DNA of 64,000 nucleotides, taken from the NCBI GenBank assembly GCA_965228855.1, contig CBDDIJ010000003.1:1056001-1120000 (forward strand), written 5' to 3'. The DNA is from Candidatus Obscuribacterales bacterium. GTDB lineage: Bacteria; Cyanobacteriota; Vampirovibrionia; Obscuribacterales; Obscuribacteraceae. Below, piece by piece: positions 48,841 to 59,100 of this stretch. Both the position numbers and the translations under genes were made by a program. The first letter of the stretch is position 1, and every line of letters begins with the position of its first letter. The notes beneath the pieces are model-generated. The model made no database searches and was not told where the DNA came from. It saw only the letters and a program-made list of their open reading frames with translations.

Positions 48841-50067
48841 ATGCCTAAATTCGTAGTTTCTCTCTTTATATTCTTGTTTATAGCTCTGTGGTTCGGGCAG
48901 TTCGCTTCTTTTGTTCAAAACCGCTATGAATATCCATTGCATAGTTGGTCCTGGTGGACGGTAAAGGAACTACGCAGTATCGCTGGCATCTCACGCACCA
49001 AGTTGAACGTTCAAGAAACATCACCAAATACGGTGCTACTCGGATCGTCCCTGATGGTAGTTGCAAATGCAGAATGTGACGCAACCTGGAGTAATGAGCG
49101 GCTCGACCTGACCACGTATCGCAAGGCGCGATATTTTGATGCGGTAATGGCTAGTGCCGACGAACGCACCGAATGCTGTTCAATCAATTTGTCGGCGCCC
49201 GGTCAAATTCCGTCGGATGCGTTTCTCACGCTGCAAGAGGCTGTGAATGAAGGTCTTCACCCTTCCCTGGTGATTTACGGCATTGCGCCTAGAGATTTCG
49301 TCGACAGCACCATGTCCAGTCCCTTTGAAACAGAAGGCTATAAATATTTGAGCCGATTGGTTTCGACTGAACGGATAGATAGCAAACTTCGAGATGATGT
49401 TGTTCAAAATCTCAGTCGTCAGCTGGTCACGTCAATACCTCTACTTCGTTATGCGGTCGATCTCCAGATGGCTTGCAGCAAATCTACTTTGGAACTGAGA
49501 GATTGGCTTCTGCGGCGCGGCATTGAAACGATGTCGTTGGAAAAGCGTATGGCGCTAATTTCATCGTATAAGCCACTGGATATGGTGCCTGGCTTCATTC
49601 ACGCTGAAATTGCGAATGAAGCAGAGGTTGAGAAACTTTACGCCGATAATTTGTCTGACTATAAAGCAAGATATGCGCGACCGAAAGCCGAATTCTACGA
49701 TGGTCAGCTTTCCTGTTTGGAAGAACTGGCAAGGTTTTGCATGGATAACCAAATCGAGCTGGTCGTGGTTAATATGCCAATTCGAAAATGTAATTTAGAT
49801 TTGCTCTCCCCAGGCATTCGCTCAAAGTATTTAGCTGACGTCTCGCACATCAGCACTGAATACGGTGCTGAATTTGTAGACTTGTGCGAAGTCGATAAGT
49901 ATTCCAAGAGCGATTATCGTGATTCGGTTCATTTGAACGGTTTCGGCGGCCGCAAGTTTCTGGACCGGTTGGTTGCAGCAATCGCAGACCAGCCTGGCAT
50001 TTTTAAATCTCTGCGCAGGCGGGTTCCTCGAGTCGCTGCTCGAGAAACTCTCGAGTCTCCGCTTTAG
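48841..50067 (+). CDS. Membrane-anchored SGNH-like protein (DUF1574/DltD-like)
   Basis: N-terminal TM helix, VLLGSSL, VVNMP, DSVHLN..G. Confidence 0.65.
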   Translation: MPKFVVSLFIFLFIALWFGQFASFVQNRYEYPLHSWSWWTVKELRSIAGISRTKLNVQETSPNTVLLGSSLMVVANAECDATWSNERLDLTTYRKARYFDAVMASADERTECCSINLSAPGQIPSDAFLTLQEAVNEGLHPSLVIYGIAPRDFVDSTMSSPFETEGYKYLSRLVSTERIDSKLRDDVVQNLSRQLVTSIPLLRYAVDLQMACSKSTLELRDWLLRRGIETMSLEKRMALISSYKPLDMVPGFIHAEIANEAEVEKLYADNLSDYKARYARPKAEFYDGQLSCLEELARFCMDNQIELVVVNMPIRKCNLDLLSPGIRSKYLADVSHISTEYGAEFVDLCEVDKYSKSDYRDSVHLNGFGGRKFLDRLVAAIADQPGIFKSLRRRVPRVAARETLESPL

Positions 50068-51694
50068 GGTTCAAATGACTGATTTTTATCTGCGCGTCCG
50101 GAGTTCCCTTTGCCGTGAGATGCTTGCGAAAAGCCTCGTAGGTTCCGCTCTTAATTAGTTTGAAGGTGACCGGTGAAAGTCGTGCGGAGGCGCGCTTGGT
50201 TTCATACTCTATGTTCTCTTCTTGAAGGCGACGATCGAAACGTTGCGCGAGGTCTTCAGCAAAGCCTTTTCGTTCATGATCGACGCCGCGATCGGCAAGA
50301 TTTGCATCGATTTCATACCAGATCTCATAATGCGGTTCCGGCCGGAACTGCGGAATCAACGTGAAGAAACGCAGGTTGGTTCCGATGTCGTCCAGCGTTT
50401 TGCGCATCGCTTGCGTGACTTGTAACTCTGTTATTTTCTCGCCTGTGAAAGAACAGATGTTCCCGCCCTTGTATTGGAAATCCAGTAGTGGAGTGCGATT
50501 GTGAAAACCGGTGACCTTTACGACATCGTTGATGTTGTATCGATAAAGACCAGCCGAAGTGGTAAAAAGGATAAAGTAGTTTTTCCCGACTTCTAGTTCA
50601 TCGGCTAAAAGTATCGTGGGTCTCTCAGAGTCGATCTCATCTTCAGGAACAAATTCGAAGAAATGCGAGCCTATTGCCAGCATCTGTTTTTCCGGAGAGA
50701 TGAAAACCGTTCCTCGCCCCTCGCTGGCACCATATGTGATATCAACTACTGGAGTGTTTCCGAAGTAGTGAGGAAAGTCTGCAAGATAGAATGCCGCCGC
50801 TGCTTTGGTCCAGCAAGATACTACCTGTAGCGATGGGAAAACATGTTCAGGTGTGAATTTGCCTTGCTCAAGGAGTCTGGCAAGCATCTTTGCGCGTTCC
50901 GGATCTGGTCGCGTGATCGGTTTTAACGCCCGCAGGGTTGCCTGATCGAGACCTGATGGCGGCGTTGTGGTGCCATCCCGAACGTCCTTAATTAATTGCT
51001 CAGCAAATACACCGAGTTTGCGACACAGTAGTTGAATGGTGCTCGGATTGAGCGTGTAGAAGAATGCTACCGGGAGCGACAGAGCTGCGCGAAGTACCGT
51101 GTAATACTTTGATTCGTAGTCTTTGATCAAATAGACTTCGTATGGAATTGGTGAAATGAATTTCTTGATCAAATAGGGCTCGTTCTTAAACAGCGAACCG
51201 GACATCGAACCGTAAGGAATTCCGCAGGGCGTTTTACCTTCTTCAGCCGGCGACGTCATCGCGAGAGCCGTGCCAGACGCCATGCCGGGGAAGGTTTTAA
51301 GCAAGTAATAGCCGGAGACGACAGATGCGTGTCGGAATTCCTTAATATAGGATGGCGTAATCGGAATAAATTTTGGTTTATCTGTTGTGCCGCTCGTGGT
51401 GGCAAACATAACTGGAGCTTCGGCGGTAAGTACGTTGGTGGCTCCGGCTGTAAGTTCGTCTATGTAGGGTCTAAACGCCTCGTAATCGCGAATTCGAAGG
51501 GCCGCATCAAAGTCTTTCCAAGTCTTGATTGTAGCGAAGCCATGTTCGCGTCCGAATTTGCTGCCGGCGTTAGCCGTCAGAATTTGATTCATCTTCCGCA
51601 GCTGGGCTTCGCGAGGCGAGGCACTGTCTGACTCTATAGCGTTGACAGTTTTTCGACCGAGCGCGCTGAAGGCTTTATAGAGTAAACCGCGCAT
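50003..51694 (-). CDS. GH3 family acyl-adenylate-forming enzyme
   Basis: FATTSGTTDKPKFIP, YGASEG, FFEFVP, TTSAGLYRYNINDVV, TGEKITE. Confidence 0.92.
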   Translation of the reverse strand: MRGLLYKAFSALGRKTVNAIESDSASPREAQLRKMNQILTANAGSKFGREHGFATIKTWKDFDAALRIRDYEAFRPYIDELTAGATNVLTAEAPVMFATTSGTTDKPKFIPITPSYIKEFRHASVVSGYYLLKTFPGMASGTALAMTSPAEEGKTPCGIPYGSMSGSLFKNEPYLIKKFISPIPYEVYLIKDYESKYYTVLRAALSLPVAFFYTLNPSTIQLLCRKLGVFAEQLIKDVRDGTTTPPSGLDQATLRALKPITRPDPERAKMLARLLEQGKFTPEHVFPSLQVVSCWTKAAAAFYLADFPHYFGNTPVVDITYGASEGRGTVFISPEKQMLAIGSHFFEFVPEDEIDSERPTILLADELEVGKNYFILFTTSAGLYRYNINDVVKVTGFHNRTPLLDFQYKGGNICSFTGEKITELQVTQAMRKTLDDIGTNLRFFTLIPQFRPEPHYEIWYEIDANLADRGVDHERKGFAEDLAQRFDRRLQEENIEYETKRASARLSPVTFKLIKSGTYEAFRKHLTAKGTPDAQIKISHLNPKAETREFLEQRLEEPACAEI

Positions 51695-51799
51695 CTGTAT
51701 CTCGCAGATTGGACCCTTATCGGGTTCTAAGAAGTTATGACAAGCTTGGCATTATACTTTGATTTACCTCGGTCTTTGAGGTCTCGGGTCTGGAAACTT

Positions 51800-52993
51800 A
51801 TGCTCGTCATCGCCGTTTTCCTTGTTTCTGTAACCGTTCTGGTGGCTTTTGTTCAGAGCCTGGCCTTTGCTCGTCTAGTTCGTTACGTGGAAGCAGAACT
51901 GGCAAGACAGACCGGGCAGCAACTTCCTAAAGCATCTGTAATCTTGCCGTGCAAAGGCTTGGATCCCGCTTTTCGCGAAAACGTGGAGAAGCTGTTGAAT
52001 CAAGATTACCCGGATTTCGAGGTGATTTTTGCCGTAGCTCAAGAATCTGATCCGGCTTACGCGCATCTTGTTGAACTTGCTTCGCAGTCGCCCAAGCCTG
52101 CGAAGGTTATTGTCGCGGGTGTTGCGGCTCAGAGAGCGCAGAAAATCAACAATCAATTGCATGCTCTGGAACAGATTCGAAGCGATTCTGATGTTCTCGT
52201 ATTTGTCGACAGCGATGTAATTGCTCGACCGGATTTTTTGAGTCGGCTTGTTGAGCCGCTCACTGAAGACGGAGTTGGTGTTACAACCGGCTACCGTTTT
52301 TACATTGCCTCCCCGACAAACTGTGCTGCGATTCTGAGATCTCTCTGGAATCGTGTCACAGCTTGGGAAATGGCAAATCCAAAATTTGCCTTTGCCTGGG
52401 GCGGTGCTATGGCGATTCGCAAATCTGTTTTTACCGAGGCTGGAGTTCGGGACGCCTGGGATAAGGCGGCTGACGACGATCTGTCTCTTACCACGAGTGT
52501 CAAAAAACTGGGATTATCAGTACGGTTCGTTCCCCAGTGCCTGGTGGCGAGTGATGGCGATGCGCCTTTTGGAGAAATAATGGAATGGACGAATCGGCAA
52601 CTAATTTTGACGAAGGTTTACTATCCTGAACTTTGGAAGCGGGCAATCGCGCGCGCATCATTCATGCTGGTCTGGCTGGTTCTGATGCTGATTGCAACCG
52701 GGTCTTGGCTTGCTACTCAGGAGCCTGCTGGTTTAATTGCCGTTGCAGCTGGTTTCACGATCGTTCCGGTCGAAGTGTTTTTCCTTCTGAAAGCGCGAAA
52801 GCTTTGGCAGAAAATTCTTCTCGACCATTCGGACCATCTTACTGAATCTTTGCTTGCCTCGTGTATGGCTATACCGCTGGCACACGCAGTCTTGCCGTTT
52901 ATGACGCTTGCATCTTTACTTACAAATCGAATTCAGTGGCGTGGTGTTACATACGAACTGAAGAGCCCTACCGAGACACTGGTGATAGGCTGA
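51800..52993 (+). CDS. Membrane GT2/GT21-like glycosyltransferase (ceramide glucosyltransferase/HpnI-like)
   Basis: VILPCKG, QKINNQ, FVDSD, AWGGAMA, DDL, WTNRQ, IQWRG. Start 51737 or 51800. Confidence 0.85.
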   Translation: MLVIAVFLVSVTVLVAFVQSLAFARLVRYVEAELARQTGQQLPKASVILPCKGLDPAFRENVEKLLNQDYPDFEVIFAVAQESDPAYAHLVELASQSPKPAKVIVAGVAAQRAQKINNQLHALEQIRSDSDVLVFVDSDVIARPDFLSRLVEPLTEDGVGVTTGYRFYIASPTNCAAILRSLWNRVTAWEMANPKFAFAWGGAMAIRKSVFTEAGVRDAWDKAADDDLSLTTSVKKLGLSVRFVPQCLVASDGDAPFGEIMEWTNRQLILTKVYYPELWKRAIARASFMLVWLVLMLIATGSWLATQEPAGLIAVAAGFTIVPVEVFFLLKARKLWQKILLDHSDHLTESLLASCMAIPLAHAVLPFMTLASLLTNRIQWRGVTYELKSPTETLVIG

Positions 52994-53003
52994 GTATGTC
53001 TTG

Positions 53004-54467
53004 CTACGCGTCTGCTGTCACCTTTTGAGAGTTCGATTTCAACTCGATTTCCGGGAGGAAAATGTTCAGGACTATGGCGAAAACCAGGCTGCCAGCGTAC
53101 AGCATTAGTGCAATCGGTAACTGCGAGTGTTCATGCCCATTATGTTGAAGCCAGACAAGCAATGCTCCCATCATTCCTGTTCCGATTGTTCCGCCAAGAG
53201 AGCGAAACAAACTGGATAATGAAGTGGCTATGCCCATTGAGCTGTCTTGAACGGCATTTTGAATGATAATCGAGTGGACTGGAAGCATCAGTCCGAGACC
53301 GATTCCGCCGACTACGCCGGAGCAAGGAACTAGCCACATCGGTGCGTCAGGCGATACCGTACACAGTATCAATGTTCCTAGCGTCATTAGCACGAGTGAA
53401 AGGATAATCAGGGCTCGATACTTTCCGGTTTTCGAGATCAGTAGACCGCCGACAATGCTCGCGCTTGCTACAACCAGCATCAGAGGAGCGAGGACGGCTC
53501 CGGACATGGTTGCCGTCAATTTATAAACTTGCTGGAGAACCATCGCCATCAGAAGCATTGAACCAAAAAATCCAATTCCGGTTATGAACACAGTCACAAG
53601 CGAGATGCTCACGATTCGATTCTCAAAAAGCGCCAGCGGTATCAGCGGTTCTTCGGCCGATTTTTCGCGCGCAATAAAAAGCCTGATTGAGGAAATTGAA
53701 ACGATAATTTCCATGGCGCTGTTCATTGTGAACCGACCCTGTGTGCCTATTTCGTTAGACAGGAAAAGTAGCGGCGCCACAGAGAGGATAAACAATCCAA
53801 TGCCCGGCCAGTCAATTTTCGGTTTCGCTTTCTCTCTCTTTGATTCAGGGTAGAGAAGCACGAATATGAGGGACGCTAGCACTCCTACCGGAATGTTTAA
53901 ATAAAAAATCCAGCGCCAATCAAACTTGTCTGTGAGCCAGCCACCAAGTACCGGTCCAATAATGGCGGCGATCATGAAATCTGCCGCCAGCACACCCTGG
54001 AACTTTCCGCGCTCTCGGGATGGCATCAGATCCCCGATTGCCACAAAACATAGCGCCATCATGGCACCACCAGCGATACCTTGCAAACCGCGAAAGAAGA
54101 TAAGTTGATCCATCGCGCCGAATGTCGCGCCTGTCGACCCCGGAAATCCCGGCAGGCTGATGAAGCCGGACACGCCACACAGTGCCGAAGTTGCGGCGAA
54201 CATGAGAGAGGAAAAAGTGAGCATCGGTTTCACTCCGAAAATATCGGCCAACTTTCCGGCCACCGGAGTTGCGAACGTGGCAAACAGCAAGTAAGAAGTG
54301 ATAATCCAGGGGGCGCGATTGACATCATCAAGCACTACCGAAATCTTCGGAATCGCTGTGTTCAAAACGGTCTGGTCGAGTGCCGACATGAAAATGACCA
54401 GCAACAGACCTGACAGTGCGCCACCCGAAATTTTAGAATTTTTCCGTTCTGCGGTGGCTTCTGAAAT
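53004..54467 (-). CDS. MFS drug/metabolite exporter (EmrB/QacA, DHA2 family)
   Basis: SALDQTVLNTAIP, GKLADIFG, RGLQG, WRWIFYLNIPVG. Start placed at ATT 54467 (see findings); track start is TTG 54404. Confidence 0.9.
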   Translation of the reverse strand: MSEATAERKNSKISGGALSGLLLVIFMSALDQTVLNTAIPKISVVLDDVNRAPWIITSYLLFATFATPVAGKLADIFGVKPMLTFSSLMFAATSALCGVSGFISLPGFPGSTGATFGAMDQLIFFRGLQGIAGGAMMALCFVAIGDLMPSRERGKFQGVLAADFMIAAIIGPVLGGWLTDKFDWRWIFYLNIPVGVLASLIFVLLYPESKREKAKPKIDWPGIGLFILSVAPLLFLSNEIGTQGRFTMNSAMEIIVSISSIRLFIAREKSAEEPLIPLALFENRIVSISLVTVFITGIGFFGSMLLMAMVLQQVYKLTATMSGAVLAPLMLVVASASIVGGLLISKTGKYRALIILSLVLMTLGTLILCTVSPDAPMWLVPCSGVVGGIGLGLMLPVHSIIIQNAVQDSSMGIATSLSSLFRSLGGTIGTGMMGALLVWLQHNGHEHSQLPIALMLYAGSLVFAIVLNIFLPEIELKSNSQKVTADA

Positions 54468-54483
54468 TGTTCGTCTCCGGATA

Positions 54484-55818
54484 TTAGCCTACTTGTCTGA
54501 CACCAGGTACGGTGCGAGCTTTTGGGGTCGAAACAGGCTTTATACAGAGCGGCTGGTCGCCTACTGTTCGATAAACCATGTCTGCGAACTTCTCTGATTG
54601 AACCTCTGCGCCGAATCGTGACGTGACGTCGGATTGCAGTTTAGCTATCTTATCTGTCAGTTGTGACGCATTGTTGCGCATCCATTCAAGGCGTTTTGTT
54701 AAGTTTCCTTCCACCGAAAGGTCGGTCATCCAAAATTCATCCTGAATGGAGAAGCGCGCGCCGCCGTGTGGATGCGTTACCACGGGAAGACCGTACATGG
54801 CTGCTTCAATCAGGGCATTGCCGAGATGTTCTTGCAGCGTCGGTAACACGAACACATCGCAAGCTCTCATGACGTCCGGCACTTCCTCGATTGGCACTGT
54901 CAGCCACTTAACGCGCTCGCCCAGCAGTTTCTTTCCTTGCTCTTTCAAGCTCTCTGTGTCAACTTCAGGTGTGCCGCACAGAATCAATTTGACCTTTGGG
55001 TCCTTTATCCGAGCCACTTCTTCCAGCAAGTAGTCGATTCGTTTGTGGTATCTGTTCCACGCCGCGACGCACAAAACAGCGAAATCGGATTCTTCGAGAC
55101 CGAGTGTATCTCGCATGGTAGCCCGATCGATATGTTGGTCCAGTAGAGGAACGCAATTGGTTATCAACTCCATTCGTTCTGTTGAAACGCCTTGTGCAAG
55201 AGCATCTTCAAAGCCTTGTTTTTGAATCTGCTGAATAAAATCGAATTCCTTATATGTATCGGGATTGGGCAAGCCGCCATTCGCGAAAATCATTTTGAAT
55301 TTCAGCCCGAACATAATTCGACTGGTTTTTATCAAATGAGCAAGCGGGTAATCCTTGACCCAGACTACGTCCGGTCGCCACGCTAATAGCTCGAAATTCA
55401 ACGCTGACCAAAAACTTACCTGCTCGACACCGTAGGTCCACTGCCAGCGGTACTCCTCCGGTATGAACTTGAAAAGATTTACCGGACTGGTCCAGATGCT
55501 GTTGCGAGGGAAGTTCCAGAGACGCTTACCTCCCGGGTAATCTCCTCCACAGAACAATCGAACATCCAGGGCTGTGTGCTGTTTGAGAGCTTCAAACCAT
55601 CTGGCTGTTGAAGTCTCGAAACCGCGCGTCGTGTTGCCAAGTCCGCAGCTCACTAGCGCAACTTTGACCGGACGGTCCAGGAGTGGGGCTGTTTCGCTTC
55701 CGGAAGGAATGGCACGTAAATCAGCCGAGGGCGCTAAAGCCCTCGTGGCGTATGCTGATTCAGCTCTTTTAATAGCCGCCTCACGCGCTGATGATTTGAT
55801 GGGACTAGAGTCTGTCAA
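54484..55818 (-). CDS. GT4 family glycosyltransferase
   Basis: RGFE, HKRIDYL, DVFVLPT..EHLGNALIEAAMYGLPVV. Confidence 0.9.
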   Translation of the reverse strand: MTDSSPIKSSAREAAIKRAESAYATRALAPSADLRAIPSGSETAPLLDRPVKVALVSCGLGNTTRGFETSTARWFEALKQHTALDVRLFCGGDYPGGKRLWNFPRNSIWTSPVNLFKFIPEEYRWQWTYGVEQVSFWSALNFELLAWRPDVVWVKDYPLAHLIKTSRIMFGLKFKMIFANGGLPNPDTYKEFDFIQQIQKQGFEDALAQGVSTERMELITNCVPLLDQHIDRATMRDTLGLEESDFAVLCVAAWNRYHKRIDYLLEEVARIKDPKVKLILCGTPEVDTESLKEQGKKLLGERVKWLTVPIEEVPDVMRACDVFVLPTLQEHLGNALIEAAMYGLPVVTHPHGGARFSIQDEFWMTDLSVEGNLTKRLEWMRNNASQLTDKIAKLQSDVTSRFGAEVQSEKFADMVYRTVGDQPLCIKPVSTPKARTVPGVRQVG

Positions 55819-56170
55819 TCGTTTTCAGTCCTGGTAATGAAGAGTATTATACTCGGGTCTTTAAAGAGTCTTAGCACTCCATTTTGTTCTCGTTGACTTA
55901 CCTTCCGACACATTTGGAGAGGTATTTTAACGAATTAAGTTAATTTTCGTTCAGGTCTGAAAAGGGCGCTCCTGGCAAGCGTTCAAAAGATAAAACCTGG
56001 CTTCTGGCATTAAATGGAAAGAGATCATAGACTTCTCGTATGAACCCTGGTCGCCATTGCGCATGCTACATGCTAAGGCAGCAGGGTCATTGGGGAGAGG
56101 GGAAGACGAATATCGCCATCGATTCGCGAAAGCGAAGGTAGATACGTCGTTTGTTTTGTTGGAGTGATTA

Positions 56171-59100
56171 GTGTCGGCGCTCGGATTTATTGTCGTTTCT
56201 CCAGCCGGTCCAAGAAGGGCGTATGCAAAACCAGCGATAGCTATTGCTGCGGCAAGAGCTGGCGCTGTTGGCGTGCTCGACCTGGAGTTTGTGAAAGAGG
56301 GGCCTGCGCTGGACAAAGCGCTCGAACAGCTGACCCTCAATGTCATACAGAACAGCGATGGCAGCATCGGTGTTCGATGCCGCAGTGGAAAATTGCCGGC
56401 GAGCGTTCTCAACTTAAAAAGCGCGAACGCACCGCTCATGGTGCTGACCGCGGGTATAGGCGCTTTTGAAACCAAGACGCTGGAGCGCGACGTTAAAGAG
56501 ACGAAATCGAAAGGATTTCAGGTTTTCGTTGAAGTCGTGAGCATCGAGGAAGCTTTGCTTGCTCAGAATGCCGGGGCTAACGGAATCATAGCCAAAGGTC
56601 ACGAAGGCGCCGGACGAGTGGGCGACACTACTACGTTCGTTCTGATTCAACAGTGCGCTCGTGCTATCGATCTACCGGTATATGCATGTGGTGGCATCGG
56701 AGCCCATACCGCAGCTGCTGTGGTTGCGGCAGGGGCCGCCGGCGTTGTACTCGATTCGCAAACATATCTCTGCCGAGATTCGGCGATACCTGCTGATGTG
56801 CAATTGCGGTTCGAACGGCTTGACGGATCTGAAACTTCGCTTCTTCGCGATTCGAGTTGCAACGCAATTCGCCTTATGGCGACAAACGGCTCGGCGCGTT
56901 TGCATCGGCTTGAGCAAGCGTTTGCTGAAGGGCGGATTGCCGATGCCGAGGCGATTCTGGAGGATGCGGTCGACGCAACTGACGATGAGATTTTCGTCGT
57001 AGGTCAGGATTCGTGTTTTGCTCGCAACCTCGCTATCTCTGGTGGTACCGTCGCTGGTTGCATCGATTTGATTGATAGAAATGTTGCAGAGCATATTGCA
57101 GTCGCTGCGCGTTCCAATGTTCTCTCGGAGAACTCGGAACTGGCGAAGTCGCATGGCACTAAGTATCCGGTTGTCCAGGGGGCTATGACTCGTGTGTCGG
57201 ACACGAGCGAATTTGCGCTGAACGTCGCTCAAGCCGGCGGTCTTCCGTTTCTAGCTCTGTCTCTTATGAGAGGACCGGAAATAGAGAAACTGCTGAGCGA
57301 AACGAAGAACAAACTTGGCGGTTTGCCCTGGGGAGTCGGCGTTCTGGGATTTGTTCCGCAGCAGTTGCGTCAAGAACAGATGGAAGTCGTGAATCGATTT
57401 ACACCGCCCTTTGCTCTGATAGCGGGCGGAAGACCTGATCAAGCGAAAGCTCTGGACGATGCCGGTACTAAAACTTATTTGCATGTGCCTTCGCCGCTTT
57501 TACTCAAGTCGTTTATTGAAATGGGCTCCACTCGGTTTATCTTCGAGGGTAAGGAGTGTGGAGGTCACGTAGGACCGCGCAGCAGCTTCGTCCTCTGGGA
57601 ATCGATGATTGAGGTATTGCTTGAGTCAATCGGTCCGAAGAGCAATCCTGCTAATATCCACGTTTTGTTTGCCGGCGGAATCCATGACGATTTGTCTGCC
57701 GCCATGGTGGCGACAATGGCGGCACCGCTCACCGCCCGTGGTATCAAAATCGGCGTCCTGGTTGGAACGGCTTATTTGTTTACCGAAGAAGCTGTTACTT
57801 CTGGTGCGATTGTTGATGTTTTCCAACAAGCCGCTGTGAAGTGCGACAAAACCGTTTTGCTTGAGACAGGGCCAGGACACTCGATTCGGTGCATCGACTC
57901 ACCCTATCGGGAAGCGTTCGATCGCAGCCGTGTCGAATTGCAGAAGCAAAACAAAAGTCGCGACGAAATTCGCGAAGAGCTCGAGCTGATGAATCTTGGC
58001 CGCTTGCGCATTGCCAGCAAAGGCGTGACGCGCGGTTCCGGAAACGAGCTTGAAGCCATCCCGGTCGAAACTCAATGGCGCGACGGCATGTACATGATTG
58101 GGCAGATAGCCTCGATGCGCGACAAAGTCGTAACCATGAGCGACCTGCACAGTAATATCTGCACCGATGGTCAGAATAGACTTGCGGAGCTTCAATACAG
58201 ATCGGCGATGCAGGCGCTGTCTGATGAACAACAGTCCGAGGGCATCGCCATCGTCGGTATGTCTTGCATGTTGCCGCAAGGCAACGATGTTGAAACCTAC
58301 TGGCAGAACATCCTCAACAAAGTTGACGCAATTGACGTCATTCCCGAATCGCATTTTAAGTGGCAGAATTTCTACGATAAGGATCCGCTAGCTCGCGATC
58401 GCATTGTGTCGAAGTGGGGCGGATTCATCAGCGATGTTGTTTTTGATCCGACTCCTTACGGAATTCCACCAAGCAGTCTCGACTCAATTGATCCCATGCA
58501 GGTTCTCGTGCTCGAGTCCGCTCGCAGTGCGCTTTATGATGCCGGGTACAGCGACAGAAAATTCCCACGTGAAAAGACCTCTGTCATTCTGGCTAACGCT
58601 GGTCACGGTCCAATAACGGCATTGTATTCACTGCGCTCGATGCTGGGATGGAAACTTGCCGATCTGGCTCCTGAGATTCAAGAAGAGATCAAAGCCAGCG
58701 TGCCGGAGTGGACGGAAGACTCTTTCGCAGGCTACCTGGGCAACGTCACCGCCGGTCGTGTGGCAAACCGACTGGACCTGAAAGGTTTGAACTTCTCCAT
58801 TGATGCGGCATGCGCATCTTCGCTCGCTGCACTTTATGTCAGTATCGCGGATCTGCGCTCAGGTACGAGCGATGTTGTCCTCCTTGGTGCCACAGATACT
58901 CACAACCAACCTGGGGACTACCTCAGTTTCAGCAAAACCCACGCGCTTTCGCCGAAAGGTCGGTGTCAAACGTTTGATGCGGATGCCGATGGTATCGTAA
59001 TCAGCGAAGGCTTTGCGATGATTGTTTTGAAACGGTTGTCTGATGCCGAGCGCGACGGCGATAGAATTTACGCGGTGATAAGAGGCATCGGGGGGTCCAG

